Positions 12,221-24,665 of a stretch of 64,000 nt of DNA are shown in pieces (position 1 is the first letter of the stretch; each line of letters begins with the position of its first letter). This DNA comes from Camelus ferus (taxonomy: Eukaryota), in assembly GCF_009834535.1 (NCBI RefSeq), contig NC_045698.1:8744001-8808000 (forward strand), in the 5' to 3' direction. The notes under the pieces are model-generated. The model saw only the letters and a program-made list of their open reading frames with translations. It made no database searches and was not told the DNA's origin. The translations under genes were made by a program, and so were the position numbers.

Positions 12221-14901
12221 GTAGCTCACTTTTCTTTACCTTTCATCTCAATGAACAATATGTTATTTCCAACCTTCATTTTGTGAAACATGATTTTCTA
12301 CATAATATGGATAGTTAAACGCTATTGGTATATTTTAAAAATACATGTTAAGGTCAATGCAATGTTTCCAGAAATTAATAAATGTAGTATTACATAATAC
12401 ATTTCAAATTCTATTAATATCTATCTTGTGCACTGTCATAGCTTTATCAACAACACAACCAAACCAGCTCTCCTTGATCACCAAAACACAGCTAACTCTA
12501 ATTATCCAAGATAATGAGATAGGAGAGTGGAATGAACTGAAATTCACAAGTAATTCCCTAGTCGCATTTTGGTCAGTATATTAAATGTCTCTACCTCCCA
12601 ACCTTTAACTAGAGCTGCTGGCAGACAAAGAAGTGTCCCCACCTCTCCAAGCACCTCTCTCCTCCAGGAGCCGAGAAAGTACGAAATGTCTAAATGGCGA
12701 GCAGGAGAAGGAGGTGTAATGAGGGCATTGCTGATCCACAGAAAATCCCTAAATAATTACATCTGCAGTTTTGAGTGAAAAGTATTGTTGTCAAAGACTG
12801 TGTTTTCAACTGCATTGTATTTCCAGCTGTTTGCTGCAGAACTTAGCTTCTCTTACCATTTAATGTTTTCATACTCATTGTTTATTTTCTGCTCAGATTA
12901 TAAATTCTTTGGAAAAAGAATATAAAAAATATAAAAAGACAGGGAATACGTATATACATATATATCTCCTCCTGTCTACTTTGCTATAGGATATATTTGC
13001 TAACTGAATTTAATATATGATATAATAAGGTGAATAATAAACACTAAATAGATACTAAATAAGAGATAATTATATTAACAGATAAAGCGCTAAATAAACA
13101 GACACCCTCTGTTTCATAAACACAGTATGATGAACAGGAATTGACATTTATGTCACCAAGTGATAAGATCTGCTTTGTTCATCCTGCCTTTTTCACGTGC
13201 ATGAGCTGGTGTTGCAGACGCCGAGGGGAGCATCACAGGATGCCACTGAGAGGTTCTCATGCTCAGTGGCATGTGAGTTTCAGCATGTTGGGGGGGTGGG
13301 CTGTTCACTGCTCTATCTGCAGCATCTGAGTGTCTGGTATGGAATACAATTAATACCTTTAATAAGGGAAAATGTCCAAGTGTATTTTAAAATATAGTAC
13401 AATAAGTAAAACAATAGAATTATACGTACATTTAGAGTGGAAAACGTGACCACCGCTATCTTTAACGAGAGTAAGGAAAAGTCTCACACGACAGACAATG
13501 CAGAGCAAGATTTCAAAGGAATAATGAAGCAGACGTGAGCCAAATAATTGTGGATTCAATATTCCAGTCAATGGGGTTTCCTATAGTTGTAAAATTACAG
13601 AAACATTAAAGAGCAAAGCTTGTCCTCCTCTTATTAATGACAAAAAGTATCTGGACATTTCTAGAATACAGGCTCAGGGTTTAAAATGATTCCATTCGGA
13701 GGGCTGCGTGAACTCAGTGCAGATTCCTCTTAATTGGGTTGTTTTGTTTTCACGCTGGAAAGTCGCAATCTTGAATGCTTCCTCTCCCACACCTTTTTCT
13801 CCCTCCTCCTAAAACTCTTTTAGTTACATTATTACATTTACATTGTTGTGTTTGACATCTACTTTCTGTCTTACATTCATAATTCCCCAGTGATGCCTAA
13901 TTACTATATTCAAGTAAATCTGAATTTACTGTCAGTTCTTGAAAACATATTCCTACTGACTCCTTGCTTGGGGAATACTGTCCTTAATTGTTTCTTTTTT
14001 ACAAAATTACTCCTGGTAACCATAGTTTCTGAGTTAATTTCTGCCTGGAAATATTTTTCTTTTGCCAAACACTTTAAGATTTCTAGCCCTAATTTAGCAA
14101 TATAGAAAATTAATAAAACACACCCCCCCCCACTATAGTCATTGTAAATATTCCACTATTTTGTACTGAAGTCAGTCTGATCTTTATCTTTTGCAGGTTT
14201 TAAAATTTTATTTGTTTTTTGTTTTACTGCCTTGAGATTCATAATGACTTTTATTTTACTTTTGAAAAATCTGTTAAGTATCATAAGACAAGATAACTGT
14301 GCATCAGTTCCATGAGGGATGTTGTAGCACCTTTCGATCTGTAGAAGTGACTTCTTTAATTAAAAGAAAAGTTTCTCTGAAATGTATCTTCTTTGGTCTC
14401 ATTTATTTTGTATTCATTAGGATATCAGTTGAGCAGATACCTCATCTTCCTTAAGCTGTGAGCTCCTTTGCACCACGCTCACCTTCCTAGCTCCTCTGAC
14501 AGGTCTGTTTACAAGTGGTGCATCCGTCCTCCTTGTCAGGGCTTCCAAAGTGGCCAGGAGCTTTCTGATGGTTTCACGTTTTGGTTAGACTTCTTTCCTG
14601 AGCTCTGTCTGCTTATTTTTAAATCCCTTTGTGTTGTTTTATAATTTCCTCCTTAAGCATTTGTGTTGAGCTCCACTTACAGAGGCCATTTTTATTACAT
14701 TTTTTGACTCCACGAGGAATTGATTAATCACTCTTTTTTGCTCCATGACAAAGTGCGTTTTGTTTTTTTCCCTAATTGTGCTTGATTTTTATTTTTTCTG
14801 TTCATTATCATTTTTTTCCTTATAGCATACTTCTAGAGATCTAGTTCTGTTTCCTGTTTCATGATTTGTATCTGAATGAGAGGAGTCCTTACTGGAACAG
14901 A

Positions 14902-16330
14902 TTTTTTTTCACACTGAAGTTCAGTTGATTTACAATGTTGTGTTAGTTTCTGCTGTACAGCATAGAGATTCAGTTATACATATATATATATACTCTTTTT
15001 CATATCCTTTTTCATTATAGTTTATTACAAGATATTGAATGTAGTTCCCTATGCTATACATTAGGACCTTGTTGTTTATCTATTTTATATGTGATAGTTT
15101 GTATCTGTTAATCCCAAACTCCTAATTTATCCCTCCCCCTTCCTATCCCTCTGGTAAACATAAGTTTGTTTTCTATGTCTGAGTCTCCTTTTGTTTTGTA
15201 AATAAGTTCATTATCATTTTTTAGATTCCACATATAAGTGATATCATATGAGATTTGTCTTTGTCTGGCTTACTTCACTTAGTATGATGATCTCTAGGTC
15301 CATCCATGTTGCTGCAAATGGCGTTATTTCACTTTTTATGGCAGAGTAGTATTCCATTGAATAAATACACCACAACTTCTTTATCCAGTCATCTGTGGAT
15401 GGACACTTAGGGTGTTTACATGTTTTGACTATTGTAAATGGTGCTGCTGTGAACAGTGGGGTGCAGGCATCTTTTTTGAATTAGGGCTCCCTCCAGGCAC
15501 ATGCCCAAGAGTGGGATTGCTGGATTATAGGGTACGTCTACTTTTAATTTTTGAGGAACCTTCATACTGTTTTCCCCTGTGGCTGCACCAAACTACATCC
15601 TCACCCACAGCGTAGGAGGGCCCCCTTTTCTCCACAGTCTCTTCAGCATTTATCGTTTGTGGACTTTTGAATGATGGACATTCTGACTGGTGTGAGGTGG
15701 CACCTCACTGTAGTTTTGATTTGCATGTCTCTGATAATTAGTGATGTTGACCATTTTTTCATGTGCCTCTTGGCCATTTGTATGTCTTCGTTGGAGAACT
15801 GCTTGTTTACGTCTTCTGCCCATTTTTGGACTGGGTTGTTTGCTTTTTTGTTATTAAGCTACATGAGCTGTTTGTATATCCTGACAAGGGCAATTAAGTC
15901 CTTGTCAGTCGCATCATTTGCAATTATTTTCTCCCATTCCATAGGTTGTCTTTTTGTTTTGTATATGGTTTCATTTGCTGTGCAGAAGCTTATAAGTTTA
16001 ATTAGGTCCAATTTGTTTATTTTTGCTTTTATTTCTATTGCCTGGGTAGACTGCCTGAGGAGAACATTGCTAAGATTTATGTCAGAAAATATTTTGCCTA
16101 TGTTTTCTTCTCAGAGGTTTATAGTGACTTATGTTTAAGTCTTTAAGCCATTGTGAGTTTGTTTTTGTGTAAGGTGTGAGGGAGTGTTCTCACTTTACAT
16201 GTGGCTGCCCAACTTTCTGAACAGAGCTTTCTGAAGATACTGTCTTTTCTCCATTGCATATTCTTGCCTCCTTTGTTGGAGGTTAGTTGACTGTAGGTGT
16301 GCAGGTTTATTTATGGGTTCTCTGTTCTGT
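14902..16330 (-). mobile_element. 5'-truncated cetartiodactyl-type L1, about 1.4 kb
   Basis: Poly(T) followed by tgaagttcagttgatttacaatgttgtgttagtttctgctgtacagca (L1 3' end), continuous with ORF2 C-terminal sequence up to 16330. Confidence 0.95.
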
Positions 16331-16614
16331 GGGACATACATGTAAATAATAATAATGTACAGAAATGCCTTCAGGAAGATTCCAAGCCTTTCATTAAAAT
16401 CCAGTGTGACTCTATGTGTGTATATGTGTGTATGTGTATATGTGTTTATGTGTAAGGGAGGGAGATCAGAGAGGCAGAGAGTTGTCTGTGGAGCTTATTC
16501 ATGTTACCCCAAAGACTAATGCTTGGCACATAAGACACAGTTGAATAAGCATGTATTGAGTGCAAAAGGGAGATGAGTTATCTTTGATAAATCTCAGCTG
16601 ACCAAGATTAGAAG

Positions 16615-16643
16615 TGCAATGCTATGCACCACCACCAGGGGGC
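16615..16643 (+). promoter_or_regulatory. Predicted CTCF site: core plus upstream motif
   Basis: Core CCACCAGGGGGC at 16632-16643 matches CCASYAGRKGGC. TGCAAT at 16615-16620 sits 11 nt upstream, fitting the ZF9-11 upstream-motif spacing as I recall it. Confidence 0.7.
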
Positions 16644-16812
16644 CTTCTTGCTCTGTGTCTAGCATAGTGGGTTGCCTAGAGATTTCTGTCCTCTTAGCTA
16701 CCTCCCTAAACATGCCATACCATCCAACTGGGTTCTGGGTAGCTCCCCTGGCATTCTCTGTATCTGCAACCTGTTTCAAACAAAAGGTCTTTACTTTTGT
16801 CATTCAGATGGG

Positions 16813-16824
16813 GCCACCTATTGG
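16813..16824 (-). promoter_or_regulatory. Second, weaker CTCF-like core, convergent with the first
   Basis: Reverse complement CCAATAGGTGGC, one mismatch to CCASYAGRKGGC. Confidence 0.35.
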
Positions 16825-17834
16825 AGAGCTCTTTTCTTTGAGATTCTATAGGATTCCTCAAGCCAGAGGTCCTCCCTTCGGTCCTCTATCTCTCACCCAT
16901 AACTTTAGTGACCTTGTCAGTCCTTCTACATAGATACTGTAAATTTGGTTATAAATGTCCCTCTTTCTCATTCCCTCAAAGTTTTCATTGTTTGCAGACA
17001 GGAGAAGGTGCAAAGATATATGCCTTTATCATCTCAGAGTTATAATGCCTCCTTTCCTCTACATTGTTGTTGGCATGCATCTTTGTCATCTGAAATGGCT
17101 TGAGGTCACATGGTTGTACACCCCAGTTTTACTGGGATTAGAAAGATAAATGTTATCGTATAAACTGAGGAAAGAGGAGTGTCTTCATTAAATAAATGAC
17201 TTTATCTAAATATTTTCTGCAAGAATAAATTAAAATTAACCCCCAACAAACAATATTGTAAATACTGCCCCACAATTTCTTACCTTACGTCTAGTCTAAG
17301 TACATCTGTATAGCTGTCAAGTAAATTACACTGGTGACTTCCTCCTGGAGCTACAGTGAACAAAATAAAAACTTAAGTGAGATCATTAATGAGATTTTTC
17401 TGGTGCCAGGTCTCTTGATAGGTAACGCTTGAAAGTTTTCTATGCCCAATGCGCTGAGTAGTGGTGTCAGGTGTGAAGCCTTAGAGATTTCAGTCATTTG
17501 TTCCATTGGTATGAGCTGACTTGAGGAAGGTAGAGGACCATCCAATTATCTAAAAATCATGGTTACTGTTGTTAAATATTGGAGAAATAATGTCAACCTT
17601 ATTAACTCTTCTTTGTGACATTTAATAAATGAGGGATTGTCCCTAATCAACCACACTGATGATCTTCATGCCACACCTTTGAAAGAGAACATGATTTTTA
17701 TACTATATTCTAAATTCTGTCAAAGCATATTAAACATTTTTGAGAAATCACTGTTTTTATGGGAGTATTTTTGAGAAAATGTTCAGCAAAAACAAAAAGC
17801 CTGATTTTGGAGAGTTATTCATAATAGTTGGAGG

Positions 17835-18248
17835 TTAAATATTTTCTGAGGGCAACAGAAAGTTAATGGAGAGTTTAAAGCAGGTCTCTTCAATAACAGA
17901 TGGGCGTCTTAGAAATGGTTTGGGGTGAAAACAGTTTGCAGGATGGACTGGAGTAGAGTGAAGTGATGGTGAAAATGAAGGAAAGAGTTACTGCAGTCAC
18001 TTTAATAAAACCACACGGTGGTCCTGAGCTAAGGAGGGGCAATAATGATGACAAAGAGAATAGATACAAGGTGATTAGGTATGAAGGAAAATCCAGAGAT
18101 TTTGGTGGTGAATAGGGGAGGTTGGGAAGGTGAAGACTTTAGAATGACTTACAAGTTTTGGGCTTTGGTTACTGAAACCATGGTAGTACCACCAACAGTA
18201 GTAATTTTATGGGTAAAGGATAGTGGACTCAGATTTAAGCTGGTTACG
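17835..18248 (-). mobile_element. L2 fragment, continuing at about 19707-19805 after the L1 insertion
   Basis: ttctgagggcaacagaaagttaatggagagtttaaagcagg, ggatggactggag and agaatgacttacaagttttggg L2 motifs; collinear L2 sequence resumes after the downstream TSD. Confidence 0.6.
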
Positions 18249-18259
18249 TTTGTGTTGCT

Positions 18260-19000
18260 TTCCCACTGACAAGGTAGGAGGGTTCCCTTTTCTCCATACC
18301 CTCTCCAGCATTTATTATCTGTAGACTTTTTGATATGGCCATTCTGACTAATGTGAGGTGACACCTCATTGTAGTTTTGATTTGCATTTCTCTAATAATA
18401 AACAATATTGAGCATCTTTTCATGTGCCTGTTGGCCATCTCAATGTCTTCTTTAGAGAGATGTCTATTTAGGTCTTCTGCCCATTTTTTGATTTTTTTTT
18501 TTATATTGAGCTGTATAAGCTGTTTGTATATTTTAGAAATTAATCCATTGTCAGCTGCATAGTTTGCAAATATTTTCTCCCAGTCTGTAGGTTGTCTTTT
18601 TGTTTTGTTTATGGTTTCTTTGCTGTACAATAGTTTATAAGCTTAATTAGGTTCCATTTGTTTTTGCTTTTGTTTCTATTAGCCTAGGAGACAGATCAAA
18701 AAAAATATTGCTACAATTTATGTCCGAGTGTTCTGCCTATGTTTTCCTCTGGGAGTTTTATCATATCAGGTCTTATGTTTAGGTCTTTAAGCCATTTTGA
18801 GTTTATTTTTGTATATGGTGTTGGAGAGTGTTCTAATTTCAGTCTTTCACAGGTAGCTGTCCAGTTTTCCCAGCACCACTTATTGAAGAGACTGTCTTTT
18901 CTCCAGTGTATGTTCTTGTCTCCTTTGTTGTAGATTAACTGACCATAAGTGTGTGGGTTTATTTCTGGGCTTTCTATCCTGTTCCATTGATCTGTGTGTC
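18260..19000 (-). mobile_element. Inverted 5' segment of a twin-primed L1 (ORF2 C-terminal coding region)
   Basis: ORFs 18711-19019 ([19 protein letters not shown]...[11 protein letters not shown]) and 18244-18630 ([13 protein letters not shown]...[10 protein letters not shown]) are L1 ORF2. Confidence 0.95.
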
Positions 19001-19695
19001 TATAAACTGGTGCAGCCACTGTAGTGAAGAGTATGAAGAGTCCTTAAAAAACTAACACTAGAGTTACCATAGGATGCAGCAACCCCACTCATGGGCATCC
19101 ATCCAGAAAAGATGAAAATTCTAAACCAAAAAGATACCTGCACCCCAATGTTCATAGCAGCACTTTTTACAATAGTTGAGACATGGAAGGAATCTAAATG
19201 TCCATTGACAGATGAATGGATAAAGAATATATATAATGGAATACTACTGGAATGTATATAATGGAATCAGCCATAAAAAAGAATGAAATAATGACATTTA
19301 TAGCAACATGGATGGACCTAGCGGTTATCATGCTAAGCGAAGTAAGTCAGATAAAAACAAATATCATATGATATCATTTACATGTGGAATAAAAAAATGA
19401 TACAAAGGAACTTATTTACAAAACAGAGACTCACAGACATAGAAAACAAATTTATGATTACCAAAGGGGAAAGAGGGGAGGAATAAATTAAGGATTTGGG
19501 AATTAACAGATACACACTACTGTATATAAAATAGATAAACAACAAGGACCTACTATATAGCACAGGGATATATATTCGGTAGCTTGTAATAACCTACAAT
19601 GAAAGAGAATCTGAAAGAGAATATATGTATAAAGCTGAATCACTTTGCTATGCACCCGAAACACTGTAAATCAACTTCAATTAAAAAGTAAAAAC
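19001..19695 (+). mobile_element. Sense 3' segment of the same L1, with A-rich tail
   Basis: Starts tataaactggtgcagccact and ends ctgtaaatcaacttcaattaaaaagtaaaaa. TSD TTTGTGTTGCT at 18249-18259 and 19696-19706. Confidence 0.95.
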
Positions 19696-21089
19696 TTTGT
19701 GTTGCTCGTGGAACATTAACATGGAACTCGGCAACAACCAGGCACGGATGTGGACCTGGGGATCTTGGGAAACGTCAGGGGTGACTTGGAGATGGAGAAT
19801 CAGGGGTTCAGTTAAAATCCAGGGAGCCTGCAGCAGGAAAACAGACAGCTCTAATGATGGAACTGAAGGAAGCCTGAATATCTTGGAGGGAAAAAGATCT
19901 TATTTGATATTATTATTTGCTAAAGTAAAATTAAACAAAATGTCCTATTCATTAAAATCTGCCCTCATGTAGTTTAGGAAAGATTTGCTTTATACATATT
20001 AACAAATGTAATGAATTTTCAGAGGATGATATGACATTTGGGCAGAGTCTGTCTGGGAAACACTGGGAAAGAGAAAATTGTTTCTGGTGGAGGGAAAAGT
20101 GGCAATAGATCAATACAGGCATGAAGTTACAGGGAGTTGTCCTAGCATAATTCGTATTTTGATTGATTGGAGGTTTGCTAGAAAACATAAAAAGGAAAGG
20201 AAGATAAAGATGGAAAAACACTTTTGGACAAACCAATGGAATTTGAACCTATGCTATTTAGACACTAATTGAACAATATTTTTTGCTATATATTATATTT
20301 TCAGAAAATTGTAAAACTTGTCATGGTAATTAATTTAACCATCGCCTCGCATGTAGGAGCAGAAAAACCCTTTTAGCACGGTATTCATTTCCATGTCAAT
20401 ACCACTATTTAAAAGTCTTGGAAGTGAATAATAATCTAAATTCACTTGCATAGAAATCTCATTTGGACCAATATCATCATGTTTATACTCAAAGGAGAGT
20501 TAAGAATTCTTTTTCCCGAGAGATCGATTGGTTTAGCATGGAAGATGATAGTCTCGAGATCATGTAAACATCTCAAAAGCAATTTAGGAGAGTGAAGACA
20601 CTGATGTTTCACAACATGGAATAACATGCGGCTTGGATAGTGGCGGAGTATTCAACATTGAAATGCATCACTTTTAGTAATTTCTTACATTGTGTTTTAA
20701 AAATGCAATCCTATGTGAGCATATTTTAATAAATTGCTTGCATACTGATGGGAAGAGAAATCAGAATTCAAAAGGTGTCACATTTCCATTCTTCAAGCGC
20801 TAAATGGAGAGGCTTGATAGCCTAAGGTTTTGACTCGAAAGTCTCTTTTTATCTATTTGTTATCACTGTAGTCCTAAAACTAGGCCATCTAAAAAAGTGT
20901 GTCATTTTAGCCCCAAATTTTAGACAGGCAGTCTATTTATTTGTACTTTAAATCTTACATGATCTGGAATAAAGCCTAAGGCACAACACTTCTGGGAATA
21001 CATGCATTTGAACTAAATGAGTGAAATGTATTAAATGGACACTGACATGCAATTTGAGTAGCATTAACATTTAATTTAATGTAATTTTT

Positions 21090-21440
21090 CCTATTTCTTA
21101 TTTAGGCATAATTGACGTACAGCATTTTATTAGTTTCAGGCAGGCCGCCTAATGATTTGACATGTGCTTACATTGCGATTGATCACCACGACGAGTCTAA
21201 TTACCACTTGTCAGCACGCAAAGTTACACTTTTTTTTTCTTGTGATGAGGACTTTTAAGATTTACTTTCTTAGCAACTTCCAAATCTGCCAACAGTGTCG
21301 TTGACTACTGTCTCCATGCTGTACTTACAACTGCAAGTTTTACCTCTTCGATCCCGTTCAATCCATTTTGCCCACTCCCAACCCCCCTCCCCTCTGGCAA
21401 CCACCAGTTTGTTCTCTGTATGTGTGATGTTTGTGTTTGT
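21090..21440 (-). mobile_element. L1MA9-like 3' end
   Basis: cttgtgatgaggacttttaagatttactttcttagcaacttcc...cctctggcaaccaccagtttgttctctg. Confidence 0.85.
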
Positions 21441-21449
21441 GCAGTCTAA

Positions 21450-22720
21450 CTGTAATAATTCTACCTAATAAAACTGGAAAAGGAGAAAAAAATTTATTCT
21501 AAAATTAGTTAGAAATCATCAAGGATGTAGGTATGTGGGGGATGTGCAGTTGTTAATTCAAATTTCAAGGCTCATTGGAAGCTGTAATGACTGAAATACA
21601 GTGGATTCAAAAAAGACATAGACAAATATATCAGTCAAATATAAATGAGAAAGCAATCCATGGATATATGTGAACTTCACATATGACAGACGTTAGTTTT
21701 ACAAAACAGTGGTTAAAAAAAATCCCCTATTCAACGACTGGTATTGGAACAAATTGCTTTGTACATGGGAAAAAGTGAACTAGATTTCTACTTTACCCAT
21801 GTACCCACAAAAAAAGTCCAAACTGAAACAATAGCTAACGTTTAAAATATTATTAAAATACAAGAAAATATAGGAAGATATGTGTTTTATCTCAAGGTTG
21901 AAAAAGACTTCCTAAAGGCAGAATACAAAGTGTAAACTTTAAAGGAAAAGTTTGCTATATTTGAGTTAAACCAAATAGAACTTCGGTGTGTGCCACTGAT
22001 TATAAAGATTATTTGTAATGACAATACCAAAAAATGACCATTAATATGCAGAAGGCTACAGATATTCAAATGCTACCTTGTTAATACGGGGAAAGACTGC
22101 ACAGTAGTCACCGTAAATGAATATGTGTAGTTGACACTTGAACAACATGGCAGGGGGTTTATGGGCGACAACCCTTTGTGTAGCTCAAAATCTTCACATA
22201 ATTTATAGTCTGCCCTCTGAATCCATTATTTGGCATCCATGGATTCAGCCAACCACAAAGTCTGTAGTATTATGGTATTTCCTACTGAAAAAAAAACTAC
22301 ATGTAAGTGGACCTACACGATTCAAACCTGTGCTGCTCAAGGGTCAACTCTAATCTGGAGTAAACTGCAGAAATATATTTAGTAAAAACAGATAAGTTGC
22401 AGAATGACGTGAATAGACAGGTAGCATTTATACTGTGTACAAACAAAAACAATGATAAAATTGTTGACCTTTAAATTTCTAGATGTGAGAATAGGAACTT
22501 GGACTGGGAAGTTTGCGTCTGAAAAGTGGGAAGCAAAATGAAACTGGTGAGTGGGGATTAAATGACTTCATCTATGATGCTTCATATTAAACACTTAAAG
22601 GAAGATAAAGTAAAAAATGTGAACAAACAGAAATCGGGGATTGTTGGCAAGTGGAATGTTTATACTGTTTTTGTGTTTTGTAGTATTTTTCTCCGTTTTC
22701 TCAAAACAAAACCTCATACG
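21450..22720 (+). mobile_element. Ancient L1 (L1ME-like) ORF2/3' fragments, interrupted by a MER8-like element
   Basis: ctattcaacgactggtattggaacaaattg, aactagatttctactttaccc, aagttgcagaatga. Confidence 0.65.
22128..22350 (+). mobile_element. MER8/Tigger2-family non-autonomous TcMar DNA transposon
   Basis: TIRs agttgacacttgaacaaca and tgctgctcaagggtcaact; TA follows the right end; about 223 bp. Confidence 0.85.
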
Positions 22721-24557
22721 ATTGCTAGAAACAACGGTTGAATAAAAGAAGTGTTGTGATTCCTAGGGCAGGAAAGCTCTGTGCCCTCTTCTCAAGAATA
22801 AGACATTTTCAGCAGCAACAAGCATGCTCAAAGAAACCCTCATGGATCAGATACAAACAGTGCCAAAACTGATGGATTAGAAACAGGAAAATGCACCTGC
22901 CACACACGTAGCATGCTGCTTCTCAAGTTGTTCGTTCGGTTTTCCAGAATTTTGGTAGAATGGGAAGAATCCAAATTGACTAAAATTGTCTCCTCCACCC
23001 TATAAAGGTCAAAACAGAACTTACTTCCATTGCAGAAAATCACGAAATAACATTTTTGTGGAGGTGTTTAAACTGTTACTTATTTCAAATGCAACATATA
23101 TCCTTTTCTTGCCAACTTTTATTACTAGTTGGGTAGCTACAGCTTGGTTAATTTATCTCAGTCCTTAGACAATCAGAATATTAATGACCATAACTGAAAT
23201 TGTATGTGTGTATTTATACAGGTAGGATATCATAGGTAAATCATGCACGTAGGACAGTTTGTGTCTTCTCATTCTGAAGATGGACTGTATGTAGAAAACA
23301 CTTTCTCCTTGTTCAGTCTACAATCTGATGCTGCGCTGACGTGGTTATAGCTCCTAAGCATAGCCAGCGTTTAATTGTGTGAGCTACAATTTTCATCTTT
23401 CAAGGTCATGCTTATAATAGAAATACTAATTGATAGTTAGCACTTACAGGCTTTCTATCTTCTAAGTGCTTTACCAACAATTAATTTAGTGCTCTCAAGA
23501 ACCATGGGGACCCTAATTTCTGTAGGATACAAGGACGGTTACATTAGGCTCTTTGGGAAGAAATTCGATCAGTATATGTCTTCACATACATTTGCAATAT
23601 TCATCAACATAATTAGGGGAAATAAAAGGGAAAAACACATATAATTCAGCTTATCTTCATTGTGAAGTTGTTGATTTCTAGAAAAAAATATGCCCTACTT
23701 TTCATTTCCTAAATTAAAATGCAACAAATTCAACTTTAATTAAGTGTGGAATTTAATTGCTTGTTGTGATTCATTGAAGGAAAGCTGTAAGTAGGCTATA
23801 AGTCAACTTACATCACTGTAGGAGTTCATAATTATTTCTGATATGTACATTTTATTTCAAGCGTTTTCCATATTTTATTTGTTGAGCTGTTATATACATT
23901 TTATTTCAAGACTATTCCATACTTTATTTCTTTTAAAGTACAACTTTTATATTATGACCATTTTTTGGGTAATGGTTGTTTTGAGCACTGAGGCCATTGT
24001 GGTACTTTTGCTATGATGTTAATATCACATTATTTTATTGTAACCTGGAACTTTCTGGTTATTTGCAGTCAATTAAAACTAAACATTTAATAATACAGAT
24101 GTGGGCAAAAAATGACTCTGCAAACTTTCTCTCCAAATTAATGTCATGCCTACAAAATTTGAATAAGTTGGTGTGCTTGGGGGAAATTTAATTATGAAAA
24201 ACTATCTATTATTTTTTTAACTTTTAAGTAATCTGAAAGAGTCCTCATTTTTAACTTTGATTTTATATTTCTGCTTTATCAGTGATAATAGAGCCACATT
24301 TCATACAGTAAATGCACAGAAATGATTCACCTGAGCATTTTAATTGGATTCACCTCCAAAAATAACTTGGCATATGGATAATATGAGAATATGAGAAACA
24401 TACCTCTCTCCTTAATCAGTAGAGAGAGTTGTCTACCATTTTTAGAGTAAAAAGCCTTTCTTCTTTGGGGATTTGGCTGCCTAAAGTCAATAAAGTTGCC
24501 ATCATTTCTAGAAAGAGTCAGACGAAGGTTCCAATTTAGTTAATGTCATAAGGAGCC

Positions 24558-24665
24558 TCTTTTTCTCTCCCCTCCTTCCCTCCCTCTGTCCCTCCCTCCT
24601 TTCCTTCCATCCTTCCCACCTCCCCTCTTCCTTCTGCTCCTTTCTCTTTTCCTCTGCCCCTTTTC
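24558..24665. repeat. Polypyrimidine (CCT/CCCT-rich) low-complexity tract
   Basis: About 105 bp of almost pure C/T on the + strand. Confidence 0.9.

Noticed and set aside
15671..16138. 155-aa plus-strand ORF
   Set aside because: It is the antisense frame of L1 ORF2, a well-known spurious hydrophobic ORF.
18149..19019. ORFs with clear L1 ORF2 similarity as a functional CDS
   Set aside because: Frameshifted, truncated transposon remnants with no endonuclease or RT core.
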